Source: Octopus sinensis
Lineage: Eukaryota
Direction of reading: 5' to 3'
DNA length: 64,000 nucleotides
NCBI RefSeq assembly: GCF_006345805.1
Contig: NC_043011.1
Span: 2,356,001 to 2,420,000, forward strand
Made by a program: the position numbers and the translations under genes. Under the pieces are notes generated by a model that had not been told where the DNA came from, made no database searches, and saw only the letters and a program-made list of their open reading frames with translations. Of the stretch, positions 26,608 through 40,465 are shown piece after piece (position 1 is the stretch's first letter; the number at the start of each line of letters is the position of its first letter).

Positions 26608-26610
26608 GTG
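25960..26610. repeat. (CTAT)n/(CTGT)n compound microsatellite containing a short T-rich interspersed-repeat remnant (~26385-26565)
   Basis: Directly visible. The ORFs here are artefacts. Confidence 0.9.
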
Positions 26611-29600
26611 AATAAACCCACACACATATTTGTATAGAAATGATCAAGTTAAAACTGAAATTCAATTCTTTATTAAGCCTTATTTTGTACATTTAGTAGT
26701 CACAAAATATCTCCAGCACACAAGATATAAAAGCAGAGTCACGGGATCAACAACACAATTACCTCTTCTTGAACTCTTTCTGCTGTCATGACAGCAGTGC
26801 GATTTGAGGTTTTGTCATTGTGGTAAACAACTATAAACCATAAGTTATCAATCTCAATAAGTAAAGCTCCATTGTAAATGATCAGATGTTTAGAAAAACA
26901 AGATTTCTGAAAAAAGACCAGTTCGTTATTTAGAATTCTACAGATGACAAATTACCACATCTAAAAGAACTTTAGTCAGACAGTAAAATGCAATCATTTA
27001 GTCATTATGTTGCTTTATTAAATTTGTTTTGATCCAAAGTTTTTGCATTGCAAAACTATTTCTATATATATGTAACAAGGGAGGATTTGTATTATCTTCT
27101 GAAACTAAATTTATTAATTATATTAATAAGGAAATTGTCCATGTAATACAATTAATGGAAACAATAAGATGAAATGACATTTACGACATGTACATAAAGT
27201 CTTTATTAGAAATTCAACGTTTGGATTAATGTTTTACACATCACATACATATTCATGCTTCTGTGGTGTGTCTTCTTCAATCATTCAAGGTTAAGTGTGT
27301 AGCTGTGAAAATAGCTATGAAGAGAGAGAATGCTAATTTGAATCGGATCATGTTGAAGCTGGTGAGATTGGAGAATGTCATGGTGGTTGCGATGCTCTAC
27401 CCAAATTGGCAGCAAATTTGACTGAATTAATAGGTTGTGTTTGTGGAAAGTCTAAGCAAGCCACCAAACGATCATGTGAACAACAAAATTTCATTGGATA
27501 ACAATTGGGTTTGGGCATATGATCGAATTGTGATTTTTATGTGGAAGTGTTATGTATGAAATTTATTGACTAGTAGGTACTAAATACCTCGACTGCCCTT
27601 GTGTATATTCACTTATGTTTAGGGTGGAAGGTTAAAAGTATTGTTGAAGTGTTATGTAATATCAGTTGTATTTATATTTGTTTCAGTTTTTTAGGTTATG
27701 AATTCAAATCCCATGGTAGGCAAAGTTGCTTTGCTTTCCATCCTTCCAATATTGTTGAGATAAAATAGTAATAAAGGACAGAAAACTATATAATCAACTG
27801 TTCCCTTACTCAAAATTCAAGGTATTGTGCCTCTGCTAAAAATCACTGAGCTAAATACAGAATGTTTGTTTGTAGCATGTAGAACATAAGTAAGTAAGAT
27901 TAAAAGATATTATAAGGGAGTCTGCTAACATTAAAAAGGGATATTAGAATATTTTACTTACAAATTTGTTTTATATCATGACTTGTTAATTTGTTACCTG
28001 ATAACCGATATCAATTATTCTGAATTTATGCAAATAAGCAAATGGAAAAAAATAATAAAAGGGCCCTTGCAAAAATAATATCAATTATGTGGTTGAATTT
28101 GTAGAATCATTAGAAAATCAAGCAAAATACCTTGTAATGGGGTCGTTTGTTCTTCATAATCTGGGGGCCATAAAATAAAGACTTCCTGCTTCTTGCCTGC
28201 TTTACAAACCCTTATTGTTTCTAGAAGAAATTGTAACTCCATTTAGTATCTATGTAAATCTAAGTGTTCAGAGCAAGCAAAATATCCTATGTACAAATCG
28301 CCATATTGATGATGATATGAGTGCCCTAATAGATCAAGCAAATGTGACCTCACAGATCACTTTCAGCTATGGCTACAAAACAAGAGTAAACTGTGTTCTT
28401 AATTCTTAAGACTAGCCGGTGTTCAATCACTCTTTTTGCCTCTTCAGTCTTTGTAAATTTTATCTAAATTTTCATACTATGTGTTTTGTTTTAACTTTTC
28501 CTCATTTCCTCTTAATTATGAGTATTTTAGGTATTTTTTATGACAGCTATAATTTAGTTCAGTTTGTCTAGATTCTGTTAAATAACTTAAAGAAAACCAT
28601 CAGTGTAGCACAGTGAATGTCTCTACCATGATACAATGAATATTCTGATTGATTCTGATGCAGGATGTTGGTTAGTTGAGGCAGTTGACAGTGCTTACTT
28701 TATTTCTCACCCTTAAAAGAAAATAAAGAACAACAGCTGATCATATATCAGAGTTAAGATGCCGTTTACTGACAAAAATTAATTGATGTTATTGCCAGCA
28801 ATTTATTGAAAGTAAATCAAGAAACACAGATTTGATTAAAAAGAGAAACAAATCTTTGAAAATATTTCTGTGCTTTAATTGTAAGTGAATCAAAAAAGAT
28901 TCATAAGAAATGAATAATTCATATTTTTGAAACAATGACTTAATTTGACCAGGCATAATTCCTTGTTAGGATGTTTTAGTGTATTGAACAAACCATCAGT
29001 TTTCTAATTGTAATTATTGATTAAAAAATGTTGAATAATGAGAACTTTGTTAAAAACATATATATTATATAACACTTAAAGAAAAAACATCTATCTTATA
29101 GATCAATTACATAAGCATTTTGTGGGTGAAAAACTTGAAACATAGAAGACAAACCAGTTTTTGTTATATCGTTCAAGTAAAAATGCAATAAGGTTGACCC
29201 CAGATTCCTGTTCAAGAGCCTGAATCATAGAACATGAATTAAACATAATTCTTGTATTTCTAACTGTTTTGACTTGGCAGAAAACCCAGTATTTTGAAAT
29301 TAAGAGAATGGAAAATTATGATTTTAATACTTTTTCCTGATTTGAGTTGATGCTGGTGAAATAAAAACAACTTCAGCTGATGAATTGAAACTATGTAATA
29401 GTTTCAGCTTGTCAAAGTAATTTGCTCTGTCTATATCACTTTCTATATTCAGATATCTGAGAGCATTATTTCAAAATAATCAATGTACTATCTTAAAAAC
29501 AGATTATTATATTTTATGAAAAACAATTATACTTCTACATAACCACTTTACAACACAGTTCAACAACCAAATGCTGCCTATTGGGGAAAATGAGAATGAT

Positions 29601-29875
29601 TGTCTTCATGCTTTAGAGATTCTGATGGCTAGCATGAGGTCTAATTTTTCCCTGTCATTAATATGGATCATTTGCTCAACCTAAGATTTTCTACTTTTTA
29701 CTATTTAATAGATTGTTTTTCATTTTGAGGTAAGACTAAATATTTGTTGCTTAACGTAAAACATATTATGAAAGCAGATCCAGCTCAAGTTTAGTTTTCA
29801 TTGAAACTAATGTTTTTTTCTTTTGTCATTTGCATTAATCATCAGTGTGAAGCATAGCATGAAAGTTCAAACCTT

Positions 29876-30328
29876 ATTAGAAATATTGAATTTCTAAATG
29901 TCTCAGAGAGACATGAGCAGTGGTGGAGCGATATAGTGGTCGTATACTGTCAACTCAATGAGACAGTCCTGTAAGGTAATTACACCACCACCATTTAGCG
30001 CTAGGAAGCATTGACGTTTCCTGTCGGCTTTGACACATTTTCTGTGTCCTTATATTTGCAAAGGGGAGGCAATTCCCCCCACCAGCTGGGACTAAGCACC
30101 TGAAGACATATGTTTCTGAGTCTATTGCTCGTCGTCAGTTCAGGGTATCCGGTCTCGCTCACTGAGATGACTGCAACCTCTTCGCAAATATATCATATTA
30201 TCACCAAAATTAGAAATATTGAATTTCTAAATGTCTCAGAGAAACATGAATGGTGGTGGAGCGATATAGTGGTCGTATACTGTCAACTCAATGTGACAGT
30301 CCCATAAGGGAATTACACCACCACCATT
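29876..30328 (-). mobile_element. A-B-A short element: 120-bp direct repeats around a 213-bp core carrying a hammerhead ribozyme (retrozyme or Penelope pseudo-LTR-like)
   Basis: Repeats at 29876-29995 and 30209-30328 (about 8 mismatches in 120). Homologous sequence at ~48990-49220. Confidence 0.7.
30099..30144 (-). ncRNA. Minimal type I hammerhead ribozyme motif
   Basis: Minus strand CCTGAA-CTGACGA-CGAG caataga CTCA-GAAA-C ATAT G-T-C-TTCAGG: complete catalytic core, 6-bp stem I, palindromic stem III, GUC cleavage triplet. Confidence 0.82.
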
Positions 30329-32333
30329 CTTTTCCATATTGTTTGTTCTTTCTTTCTCTGTTATCTGCAGAAGTACATTTCAATATCTTTATGTCACTAG
30401 TATAGTTCATGGAAAATTAATGCATTCAAATCATAGTTATGCCTAAACATTAGTGTATGAGTAAAATTAAAGTAGTAGTACAATCATGGATAGTTTACAT
30501 TCCCCAAGCTGGACACATACGGCAAAACTGAAATGGTTCTCATTCCGTTTGGTGCAATTTTGACTGGCTAAACCAAAACTAATCAAAAACCATCAAGAAA
30601 TTAATAATGCATTTTACATAAGGAGATCAAAGAAAACCTTCTGTTAAATATTTTCAGTAAATTAAAGGGGAAATGGACATGAAACAAACTTCAGGAATAA
30701 ATAACTGCACTAAAAAGCCATTCCTTGATGTCAAGTCAATAAACAATGCAAAGAGTTCTGTGATTCACTCACACTTATCACTGATATTACCCTTCAAACA
30801 AAACAAGAAATTTAAAAGACTACCTTTCATCATATCTTCATTACACACTTTGAAGTACACAAAATTCTTGTGACATCGGTTTCTGTTACATGTTTGGAAG
30901 ACTGTAGTTGAACACAGTACGGCAAATTAACAAAACATTCAAATTTTCAATGCTAGTGAAATATTTCATTTATGTTACATACAAATAGATGGGGGTTCAG
31001 TGAGAGTAAATTGCCTTGACTAAAGTCATAGTACAACATTGCTGGCAGAATAAAAAGAGGCAACCCTTTAGCTGATTGTTTAATAATCTATTAGCTCAGC
31101 TGAAGTTACCCTGTAAATAATTGAAGATGAAATGACCAACGAAGTTGAGATATGCATTTTATTGAAATTTTATTTCAAAGTCGTTTGATGTCAAATCAAT
31201 GTACATTGGTGACAGTTATCTACAATATGACACTTAAATTCTTTCTTCTTAGCCAAACAAGAAACTTTTAATGCTTGCCATAACTAAAAAGAAAATTAGA
31301 AGATAAATTTCTAAAATTTCTTACGTCTCAGTAGGAATTAAAGAATTGTAAGGAATTACAGAATCGTGAAGAATTATATATCATTTGCCTTTCTGAATAA
31401 TGCTTTACAGAAATAATTGAAACATTAGATTCAGTTTTAAATTTTCTTAATGAAAAGTGGTATCTGGTTTTTATTGCTTAATTCCTGGGAATTTCATCAT
31501 ATTGTAGATAGGAACAACATAATAAAACGTAATGCTTCCAGTAATCTCAAGGCGTTCTTAAAATCTGACATTTAGCTCAAGTTTCATGATATTAAGTGGA
31601 CAAGATATAAATTTCTCATCTACACAGAAAGCCAGTCTTTTGCAGATATCACTCCCAGACAATCTGATAATTATTCCTAACAGCTAAACAAACTGTGGTA
31701 ATATACAATTAGGGGGCTGCATGGAACACAAGCAAAACATCTGCAGTTGATTTCAATTAAAAACTTAAAGCTGGTAATGCTATACCATATCCATTCTCAA
31801 GTGAGTTAGTTTGCAGCTGCATTAAAGCACATAAACTAGAGTTTCCATTCCAGTTAAGTCTAAAATGTTCAATCAATAAACAAAATAATTGTTAATAGAA
31901 AGTTTTTGTCACATCTAGAGTAGTAAGTAAGGGAAATAAATTAAAAAGAAATGCTGTTTGTAATGAATGCCAAGAGAAAAAGAAAGTTAATGGTAAAATA
32001 CATTGGATAATTTTGACATTCTGTCAACAATATTAGGGTAACATGTTCTATGAATGTTTTTAATATTTTTGCTGCTTCTTTTGCAAATCACTCCTTCTTG
32101 AATTGTTAACATCTTTCCAGTATGTTGTTCCTCTAAACAGCAAGTCACTTTTATCTGTCTGTCTATATTTGCATATATATTGATTAGTTCGCCAAACATA
32201 TCGAGAACACTTTAAATTTACAATGTACAATGAATCTCTGAAAGATATAAAGCAGAAGAGAACTAGTAAGGGGACACTCATACACAAACGCATACACGTA
32301 ATGATAAACATGCATACACTTAAAGAGAAATAA

Positions 32334-32371
<38 letters not shown>

Positions 32372-33114
32372 AAACATGAAACAAATTAAAGAAAACATGT
32401 AAAATATCAAAAGAAGAATAAAGTAAGTAAAAAAGAAAAAAATTTTCCACAGACTGTTGCAAATAACTTGAAGGATTTTGCCATGAGGAGTTGTATTATA
32501 TTCATATGGCTAACGTGTCTTTCATTCTATTATTACCATGTACACAGTGTGTTGCCTATGTGTACATATCTTATAGATGAACTTTATTTGTCTTTGTTCT
32601 CCACAACCATCCTTCCTTTTTGTAACATTGGAAAACATAAATGTCTGATAACGTGATAGCTAAACTGAAGTCTGATTGATTAACATAATATTTGCATAAA
32701 GCTAGTTTTCTCTCCACATTCTTTCTGTCTTTGCCTTTATCTATGTACATGTGTGCATACCTATGTGTGTAATTCTATGTCTCACTATATACGTGCGCGT
32801 GTGTGTGTCTACATGTACATATGTGAAAGATAGAGAGTTTACATTTGTATATATGAATATATGTGTGTAAGTGTGCATTTTTATGTGTATCACTTTCTTT
32901 GCAATATTTATTTTCACTTTATCCACTTAACATCACTGATATCCACCTGGATTAATATTGACACTGATGCCAGTGTCAAACTATGATATAGATCTTATTC
33001 TAAAGTTCCTCAAATACAAATAAAGACAAACACATAAAGAACATGCATGCATACAACTATATGTGGCTGTTGGTACATTGGTCTAAAACACTTTCTCATA
33101 ACATTATAGTCTAA

Positions 33115-33560
33115 AACATGGGTTGCCAAAGGGGGTATGAGAGACCCACTAGGGGTTGTTGAGCAATTACAGGAGGTCGATGATAGCCAAGGGGTCAAAT
33201 GGGGTCCAGCATGTAAAAGACCAGCTCACCCATATGAACTGCCTGAAATACTTAGTCAGTGCTAGGAAATGTGGGAAAACATGATAAATTTTCACTGCAG
33301 TGAGAAGTCTGCTGTTGCTAACGTTCGACACCTGATGCCGCAATCTGTATCGTAATCGAAGATTGAGAGGTGTGCTTGAGGGGATTCAGACTGTCAAGTG
33401 TCTGCTTATAGAATTTGCCTGAATCTGGAGGAACGAGGTGATTTGAGACTGAAACTGACCAACATTCAGCCTGATATCAATGCTTTGATTCAGGATCACC
33501 ATTCTCATACCTCACATCGATGTTGCCAATTTCAATAAAAGATATTCCAGCAAAATGATG
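33115..33560 (+). mobile_element. hAT (Charlie/Buster-like) transposon deletion derivative
   Basis: hAT-like left end (GGGTTGCCAAAGGGGG...GACCCACTAGGGG) and transposase C-terminus LNLEERGDLRLKLTNIQPDINALIQDHHSHTSH. Confidence 0.7.
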
Positions 33561-33819
33561 TGTGTTTCACATTTTCTAACCATGAAAACAATTTCATAAA
33601 AATTGAAAGTTTAATTCTGTGTACTTACACACATAGTTTTAAATGTAAAAAGTGAGTCATCTTCAATAGAATTTCTTAATTTGTCGTACATGTATATTTT
33701 AGCTAACATTTTAATTGCCAGCATCAGTACCTGGTATGTGTTTAAGATATGGTATGGAAGGATGAGGTATTAAGGTATTTTAAATGAGGAGGGTAGTCGG
33801 TGCAGATAATAATACATAT

Positions 33820-35090
33820 GCTGGCATGGGTCGGATGGTTTGACTGAGGTCTGGAGAGCCAGTGGCTGCACCATGTCTCTCCTATGACATCATGGTTTTC
33901 TCTCACACTCTCTCTTGCAATCCGAAATACTTCAGTTCTTTGGTCCTCACTTTGCTGAACATTGGCAAACTTCTTCTTTATTGCTACTCCCTTGGCTATA
34001 CATACCTGTCTTTTAGCTTCCCTTTTGGCTATCTGATACATTCTCCTGCTATCTTCACTCTTCTAGACATTGCAAGCCTGTTTCTTTTCTCTAATGGCCC
34101 CGTCTACAGTATTGTTCCACTGCAATGTTACTCTGGGTCTGGAAGGGACTTTGCACCATCCACAGACTGGGTTTGTGGCACTCAGCAAGCTGTCTTGCAG
34201 GAATTCCCAGCTGCCCTCTGTGTCACAGGACTGCAGCTCCTCCTCCCTATCATTAAATTTCTCAGTAAGGATATCCCTAAATCTCTGACCATGTGAAGGG
34301 TTCCTAAGCTTCCAAGTCCTTCTTTTCCAGATTGGTCTGCTTTTTGGCATCCTTCTGACCTCGAGTTTAAAGTCACTAATAACGAGTCTATGTTGGGAGT
34401 TGCATTCTTCACTAGGGAGGGTATTTGTATTTAAGAGCAACTATGCATCCCTCTATCTGATGGGAATGAAATCGATCTGGCTAGCAGAGTCACCTGATTG
34501 ATAGGTTATCGAGTGGCTAGCTGGTTTTCTGAAGTTGGTGTTACAGATCAATAGGTTATTTGCATTGCAGAACTCCAGGAGCCTAGTTCCTTCTTCATTT
34601 CTGGTACCAACTCCATGGCCCCCTTGTACACCATGGAAGATATCAGATTGCTGTCCGACATGCCCATTAAAATCTCCAGCCACAAAGAGATGAGATCACT
34701 GTCACTCGTCTTTGAGGTAGCCTGCAGAAGAATATCATAAGTGATCCTTCTGTTCATTTGGTAGGTCCGCTTGTGGGGCATAGGCAGAGATAATTGTAGC
34801 TATACCATTCTGCAAGACTAGCCTGAGTTTGAGTACTCTATCACACTATCTCTATGACGTTATCCACCCATTTCTCTACAAGAAGTATGCCCACACCCCC
34901 TATTCCATCACTATTACCTTCCCAGAAGAGTTTATACCTATGTGCCTTGCCTGTGAGGACTCTGGCTGAAGCTCCTCTCCATCTCACCTCTTGTATGCAA
35001 CATACATCAACATGTCTCCATTCAAGCATCTCTACAATCTTGCTAGACCTACATTTCAATGTGCCTACATTTAGAGTGCCAACTGTGAAA
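33820..35090 (-). mobile_element. RTE-clade LINE fragment: apurinic-like endonuclease domain plus linker, reverse transcriptase absent
   Basis: VGTLNVGTL, CCIQEVRW, GGVGILL, ISAYAPQ, AGDFNGHVG, SQIDFI, SQHRLVISDF. Frameshifted. Joined to the family C 3' tail at ~33880. Confidence 0.93.
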
Positions 35091-35441
35091 ACTGGGAAAG
35101 AGATATGGGAGGTAACACAGGAAGGAGAGAATTTATTCAGTAGCTGAAAAGAATGTTCCCATGAACGTTTGTGTCTTGTACTCTGTTTTTTCGTTGTTAA
35201 AGTTATGGTCCGTTCCATGCTGTTTTTACGTTTTCGTTTTTCGTTGAGTTCTACGTCTATTTGTGGTGTCCTGTACACACGTATATATATTTATATATGC
35301 ATGTATATATACATGTAGATGTAGGTACGTACATATATGCTTGTATGTATGCATATATTTGATTTATTACACTATTGTATGACTGAGCGCCTTCGCGTCG
35401 ATTCGATTCGTTTTGTTTCGTTTTGTCTTCTTCTCTAAGCT

Positions 35442-35484
<43 letters not shown>

Positions 35485-35544
35485 ATGTATACACAAACAC
35501 ACACATATATATATATATATATGCATATATGTTTATATATTTTT

Positions 35545-35900
35545 TTAGTCTTTTACTCTTTTACTTGTTTCAGTCATTTTGACTGTGGCCATGCTGGAGC
35601 ACTGCCTTTAGTCAAGCAAAGGACTTATTCTTTCTAAGCCTATCAGTTGCTTTTGCTGAAGTGCTAAGTTACAGGGACATAAACGCACCAGCATTGGTTG
35701 TTGAGTGATGTTGGGGTGACAAACACAGACACACAAACATACACACACACATACACACACACAGACATATATACGTTAGTCTTCTTTTAGTTTCCGTCTT
35801 CCAAATCCACTCAAAAGGCTTTGATCAGTCTGAGGCTGTAGTAGAAAACACTTGCTCAAGGTGCCACACAGTGGGACTGAACCTGGGACCATGTGGTTAG
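35545..35900 (-). mobile_element. SINE family A
   Basis: Matches 8572-8983. Confidence 0.85.
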
Positions 35901-36034
35901 TAATATATATATATATATTTGTATATATATATGTATGTATGTGTGTGTGTGTGTATGTGCACGCATGTGTGTGTGTGTGTGTGTGTGCAAATGACACAGA
36001 AGTTAGAGTGTTGGGCTCACCTTCATAAATAACT

Positions 36035-36320
36035 AAGTTTGATTCCCATACAGGGCTGTGTTGTGTTCTTGAGCAAGACACTTTATTTCATGTTGTTCCC
36101 ATTCACTGTGTTGCCAAAAGGGAGTTGTGATGTCACTGGTACCAAGCTGCATCAGCCTTTGCTTTTTCCTTGGGTAACATCAGTGATGTGCAAAAGGGAG
36201 ACTAGTATGCGTGGGCGACTGCTGGTCTTCCATAAGCAACCTTGCCCAGACTTGTGCCTTGGAGGGTAACTTTCTAGATGCAATCCCATAGTCACTTATG
36301 ACTGAAAGAGGTCTTTACCT
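36035..36320 (+). mobile_element. SINE of another family (partial tRNA head)
   Basis: B-box-like GTTTGATTCCC followed by GTGTTCTTGAGCAAGACACTTT, and a short-repeat tail (CTTTACCTTTT). Confidence 0.55.
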
Positions 36321-36444
36321 TTTATATTCTTGCCCGCATACACACCTGGGTACACACATGCATGTGTACATACATATATACATCTGTACATACATCTCTT
36401 AGTTGCTTTCTCCTATATGAACAAAGCAATTGCTAGAAAGAATC

Positions 36445-36700
36445 ATTGAAATGAGTCATTGATGATGCGATGCGAGGCCCTTGTATGACTCTGGAACCCA
36501 GCCAAAGATATGCACATTCTATTGCATAATGCACAGCCGTGCTGGCTTGAAGAAGGAACAGGTGCCACAATATTACCTCTTTTGAAGTGCCTTTTCAATC
36601 CTCCAACTGAGAGGCACACCTTTCCACAAGTTACACGTGTTCTTTTGTGAACAATAGCCATGTCACAATTTACCATGGGTCAATTCCTGTGAGTTCCCTG
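36445..36700 (-). mobile_element. RTE LINE C-terminal zinc-finger remnant
   Basis: TCGKVCLSVGGLKRH ... CALCNRMCISLAGFQSHTRASH. Confidence 0.6.
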
Positions 36701-36879
36701 ATAGCTGACCAGGCCCGCATTACTCAAGCACCTCCTCTCACAAACCACACACACACACACACACACACAAAAAGCAACACTCCCTCATTTTCCAGAGACG
36801 TTCTTTCCAGTCTTTCTGTTAATCTCTAAGTGCTTCATTTTCTCTCTTTCAAAGCTTGAACACACACACACACGTGGGC

Positions 36880-37165
36880 ATATATACATACATACATACA
36901 TACATACATACAAACAAAAATACTCTGTTGTTGATGCTGAAATTCCAATGAAGGAGCCTTGAATCTAGTTTAGAAACTGGCTCTTTTTCTATTGGCAAGA
37001 AATCTTGAAATAAAACTGAACAGTGACATACGTACATACATACATACATACATACATACATACATACATACATACGCCTACATACGTACATACATACATA
37101 CATACATACGTACATACATACATAGATACATACATACACGCATACATATATACATACATAAATAC
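36880..37165. repeat. (CATA)n microsatellites
   Basis: Directly visible. Confidence 0.9.
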
Positions 37166-38269
37166 ATACAATTTGTGTGTAAAATAAAACAAGAGGTTGT
37201 TTATACATTATTTAATTACATCATCTTTTGTAAATTTCATAAAGAAAAGATGATTATTAGTTGCATAGCATGAATTACATAATCAAGTCGCCAATATTAA
37301 CTGACTGAAATATATTAAAAAATCACACTACACAAACACAAGCTGTAACTTAATCCTTTACTGTTTTATTCTTATTATTCCATACTTGATGGTTTGGCAT
37401 AAGTTTTGACATTTTCCTGTATTTGAATGAACAATATTCTCAAACTCACTGAATTGCTCTGGCGAGCCTGGAGATGATTTATTGAGAGTTAAATGAGCCA
37501 GCTTTTGTGTGTTAAGTTGATAGAGTTGTTATTGTATGTTTTGATTGGTTTGATCTGGAGGCAGTAATCATTGTCCATGCAGACTTCCTAGAACTGGCGA
37601 GATTTATGAAGGAAATGTTTCTTTTGAATTATTGTAAGTTAATGGCTGCTGGGGAAAAAAATGGAAAAGAGAATTACAGTGGACTGACATTCTGAAAGAA
37701 GGGTCCGAATTAAGTGTTTAGTGCAGGGCCTGCGATGTGGAGAGACATAATAAGTATGCTGAAATACTGAACACTACTAACCCCAGTATTGCTGGTTTAA
37801 CGACAACTGTCTATAACTTCTGAAGCTACAATGATTCTAGAAGTAATTGAAGAACATGTCCATAAGGTCAGTTGACAAACAACTTTACTTCAAAACCATT
37901 GTGTCTCTCTTTGAAATAAATCTCTGAAAATTCTACCACAAACATTGAGAAAGAATTTTTCAAGAATCAATTAAAATGAAGCATTGCTGCTTGGTTTTTC
38001 GAAATTATGAAGTTGCATGCTTACATGAAATTTTATATTAACAATTTCATGTTATCCGAGAAAATAATTTCCCTGATTGACTTAAAACCAATTAAGTGCA
38101 CTGGAATTTGATGGCTGAAAACATGCTTGTGCATTCATATTGGTGAGTTGTGTTATGGGCTATTCACCATCTTGCATTTTCATTTTCTATTTCAGTATTG
38201 AATATTTGCCTGATAGAGAATGAGACAAATAGAGAGAAAGTAAAAAAAGAAAAAAAAAAATTAATATGG

Positions 38270-38342
38270 AGACAGAAAGAAGAGAAAGATACAGAAGAAA
38301 CATAGAGAGTGAGAGAGACAGAGAGAAAGTGAGAGAGAGAGT

Positions 38343-38390
<48 letters not shown>
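38270..38390. repeat. (GA)n microsatellite
   Basis: Directly visible. Confidence 0.95.
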
Positions 38391-39317
38391 ATCATTTGAT
38401 TGTAACCCTTAAATTTCAAAGTCTAATTGAAATAAATTTTGCAACAGAAAAGTTAAAGTCTATTAATAAGATAAATATTTTATACTCATGTTAATTTCTC
38501 ATGCACTGAGTATCCCTTTAGTAAAACCAAATTGACATAATACTAATGCAACACTTCGTCATTTGTCAGTAGACTTAGGGTAGTTTTTAATATCCCCATC
38601 ATTAGTATTAATGCTATAGTCATTGAGTTAATGTTTATTTCTTTCATTCTGGTATAATGTAGGACTGGTCTGGTGTATATTTCTTGTTGTTAGCTCTAAC
38701 AATTTTACTTCACAATTATCATCACTTCCCATCACAAGGCTGTATCAAGAAAGCAACCTCCCCTACACATGAACTAAATTCTAATTAACTTTTGCAAGAA
38801 AACAGACACAAAACACAGCAAGTAACATGTAATCCTGAAAAGAAAAGAACCTGAAAGAAACTGCATAATCACAGAGCTGCATCTGATGGTTCAGGGAAAG
38901 AACAATTTGCCTAAAATATGGGCACAGGGTCTCACGCAAAACAAAATATGTGGTGATTTACATATAGCATTAGTCAAGTTTTTATTTTTGTTTGTTTTAT
39001 GTAAAAATGTCTATCCTGCATATTTTTGCCCTAAAAGCAGATATGTAAAACATAACTGTTTACAGTGAACCACCACCATGAAGAACAATCTGGTGGTAAC
39101 AATAATAAGGATTTGATCCAACTAACTCCTTCTTCCAAATTACTGGTTTTGTGTCCAAACTAGACTTTTACTGAAGGTGTCATGCAATGGCACTGAACCT
39201 GGAACCATGTAGTTGCAAAACAAACTTCTTAGCACACAGCCATACCTGCATAGTTAGAAAGAATGAAAAACCAACTTATTACATTTAAAGCAACATATAT
39301 ACATATAGAAAAAAAAT

Positions 39318-39566
39318 AAATGCGTCCTTTTAAAGCCTAGCCAGGCTCATGGGCCCGGTTTCCTGGTTTCAATGGCGTATGTATTCCCCAGCTGGATGGG
39401 ACGCCAGTCCATCGCAGCGTTACTCATTTTTGCCAGCTGAGTGGACTAGAGCAACGTGAAATGAAGTGTTTAGCTCAAGAACACAACAAGTCGCCCGGTC
39501 CAGGAATCAAAACCACAATCTTACGATCATGGTGCTGACACCCTAACCACTAAGCCACATGCCTCC
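39318..39566 (-). mobile_element. tRNA-derived SINE with a conserved central domain (Meta/CORE-like)
   Basis: tRNA head on the minus strand, central CAGCTGAGTGGACTAGAGCAACGTGAAATGAAGTG, and a tail similar to 6886-6990. Confidence 0.7.
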
Positions 39567-40465
39567 ATCATTGTATACATATACATACATATATATATGT
39601 ATGGTGGGTAGGATATATAATATATAGGTTATGTGAAACAAATGTAATCCTGGATTATTAATTTACCATTTCTCATAATGATGAATTTGATATCCAAAGC
39701 AAAATACAAATAAGAACCAGTCAATGGTGAGAAACTGTCACTTAAGTTGGATCCAGGCACTCTTTTACTGATATGTCTGCTAAAAGCACAGGAATGTTCC
39801 AAATGATATCATAGCTTTAGTCACTATTAGGAAAAGAACTTACAACATCTTTAAGTAATTCCTGCAGTTTCTGCTTGGGATTAATAATCTTTCAGCTATA
39901 TTTCACACACCTTCTGTCCAGCTCACTTTCTACAAACAGACTCCTTTAAGTTTGTCCCTGGATATCTTCGAATTTTGGTGAATTAAGAGAATTCTCTCAG
40001 ACTGCAGAGAGTAGTTTATTAGCTCTAATATAAACTCATAGTATTGTTTTTAATTCACCCTATCTTCTCAATCATCAAGGTACTTTTCTCCTCATTTTCC
40101 TTCAACTCTGGCAACTGCTGGAAGATTCTTACAAGTGATGTAACCAATGAGCTGACCCATCCTTCAGCTGTTTGAAAGAGCTTCACGTATTAGTAATATT
40201 CAGGTACTGAATGGATAAGGGCAGCATGGTTTTGTCCCTTTCTATGCACCTCAGACAGGCTTAACAAATGAAACTCCCCCATACTACTTATTTTATTCTC
40301 CACCATTGCTATTTCACAGTAGATCTGCCTGACCAGTAGTTTATAGATGTATTTAGTTCCAGAGCCAAAACTCTTACACAATAAACCACTTGGCTTCTAT
40401 TTCAGGAACATCTAGGGTCTTCAAAAATACATCAGTGATTTTACTCACTTGTGAGTTTATGTAAA

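Noticed and set aside
29370-29410. CTGATGA-ATT-GAAAC with a downstream stem
   Set aside because: There is no room for stem II and no stem I complementarity.
35135-35180. CTGAAAAGAATGTTCCCATGAACG, a hammerhead-like relic in an unclassified repeat
   Set aside because: Both conserved core segments are broken (no G8, GAAA incomplete).
39700-40440. Possible decayed reverse-transcriptase fragment on the minus strand
   Set aside because: Only vague similarity, with no diagnostic motif intact enough to assign.
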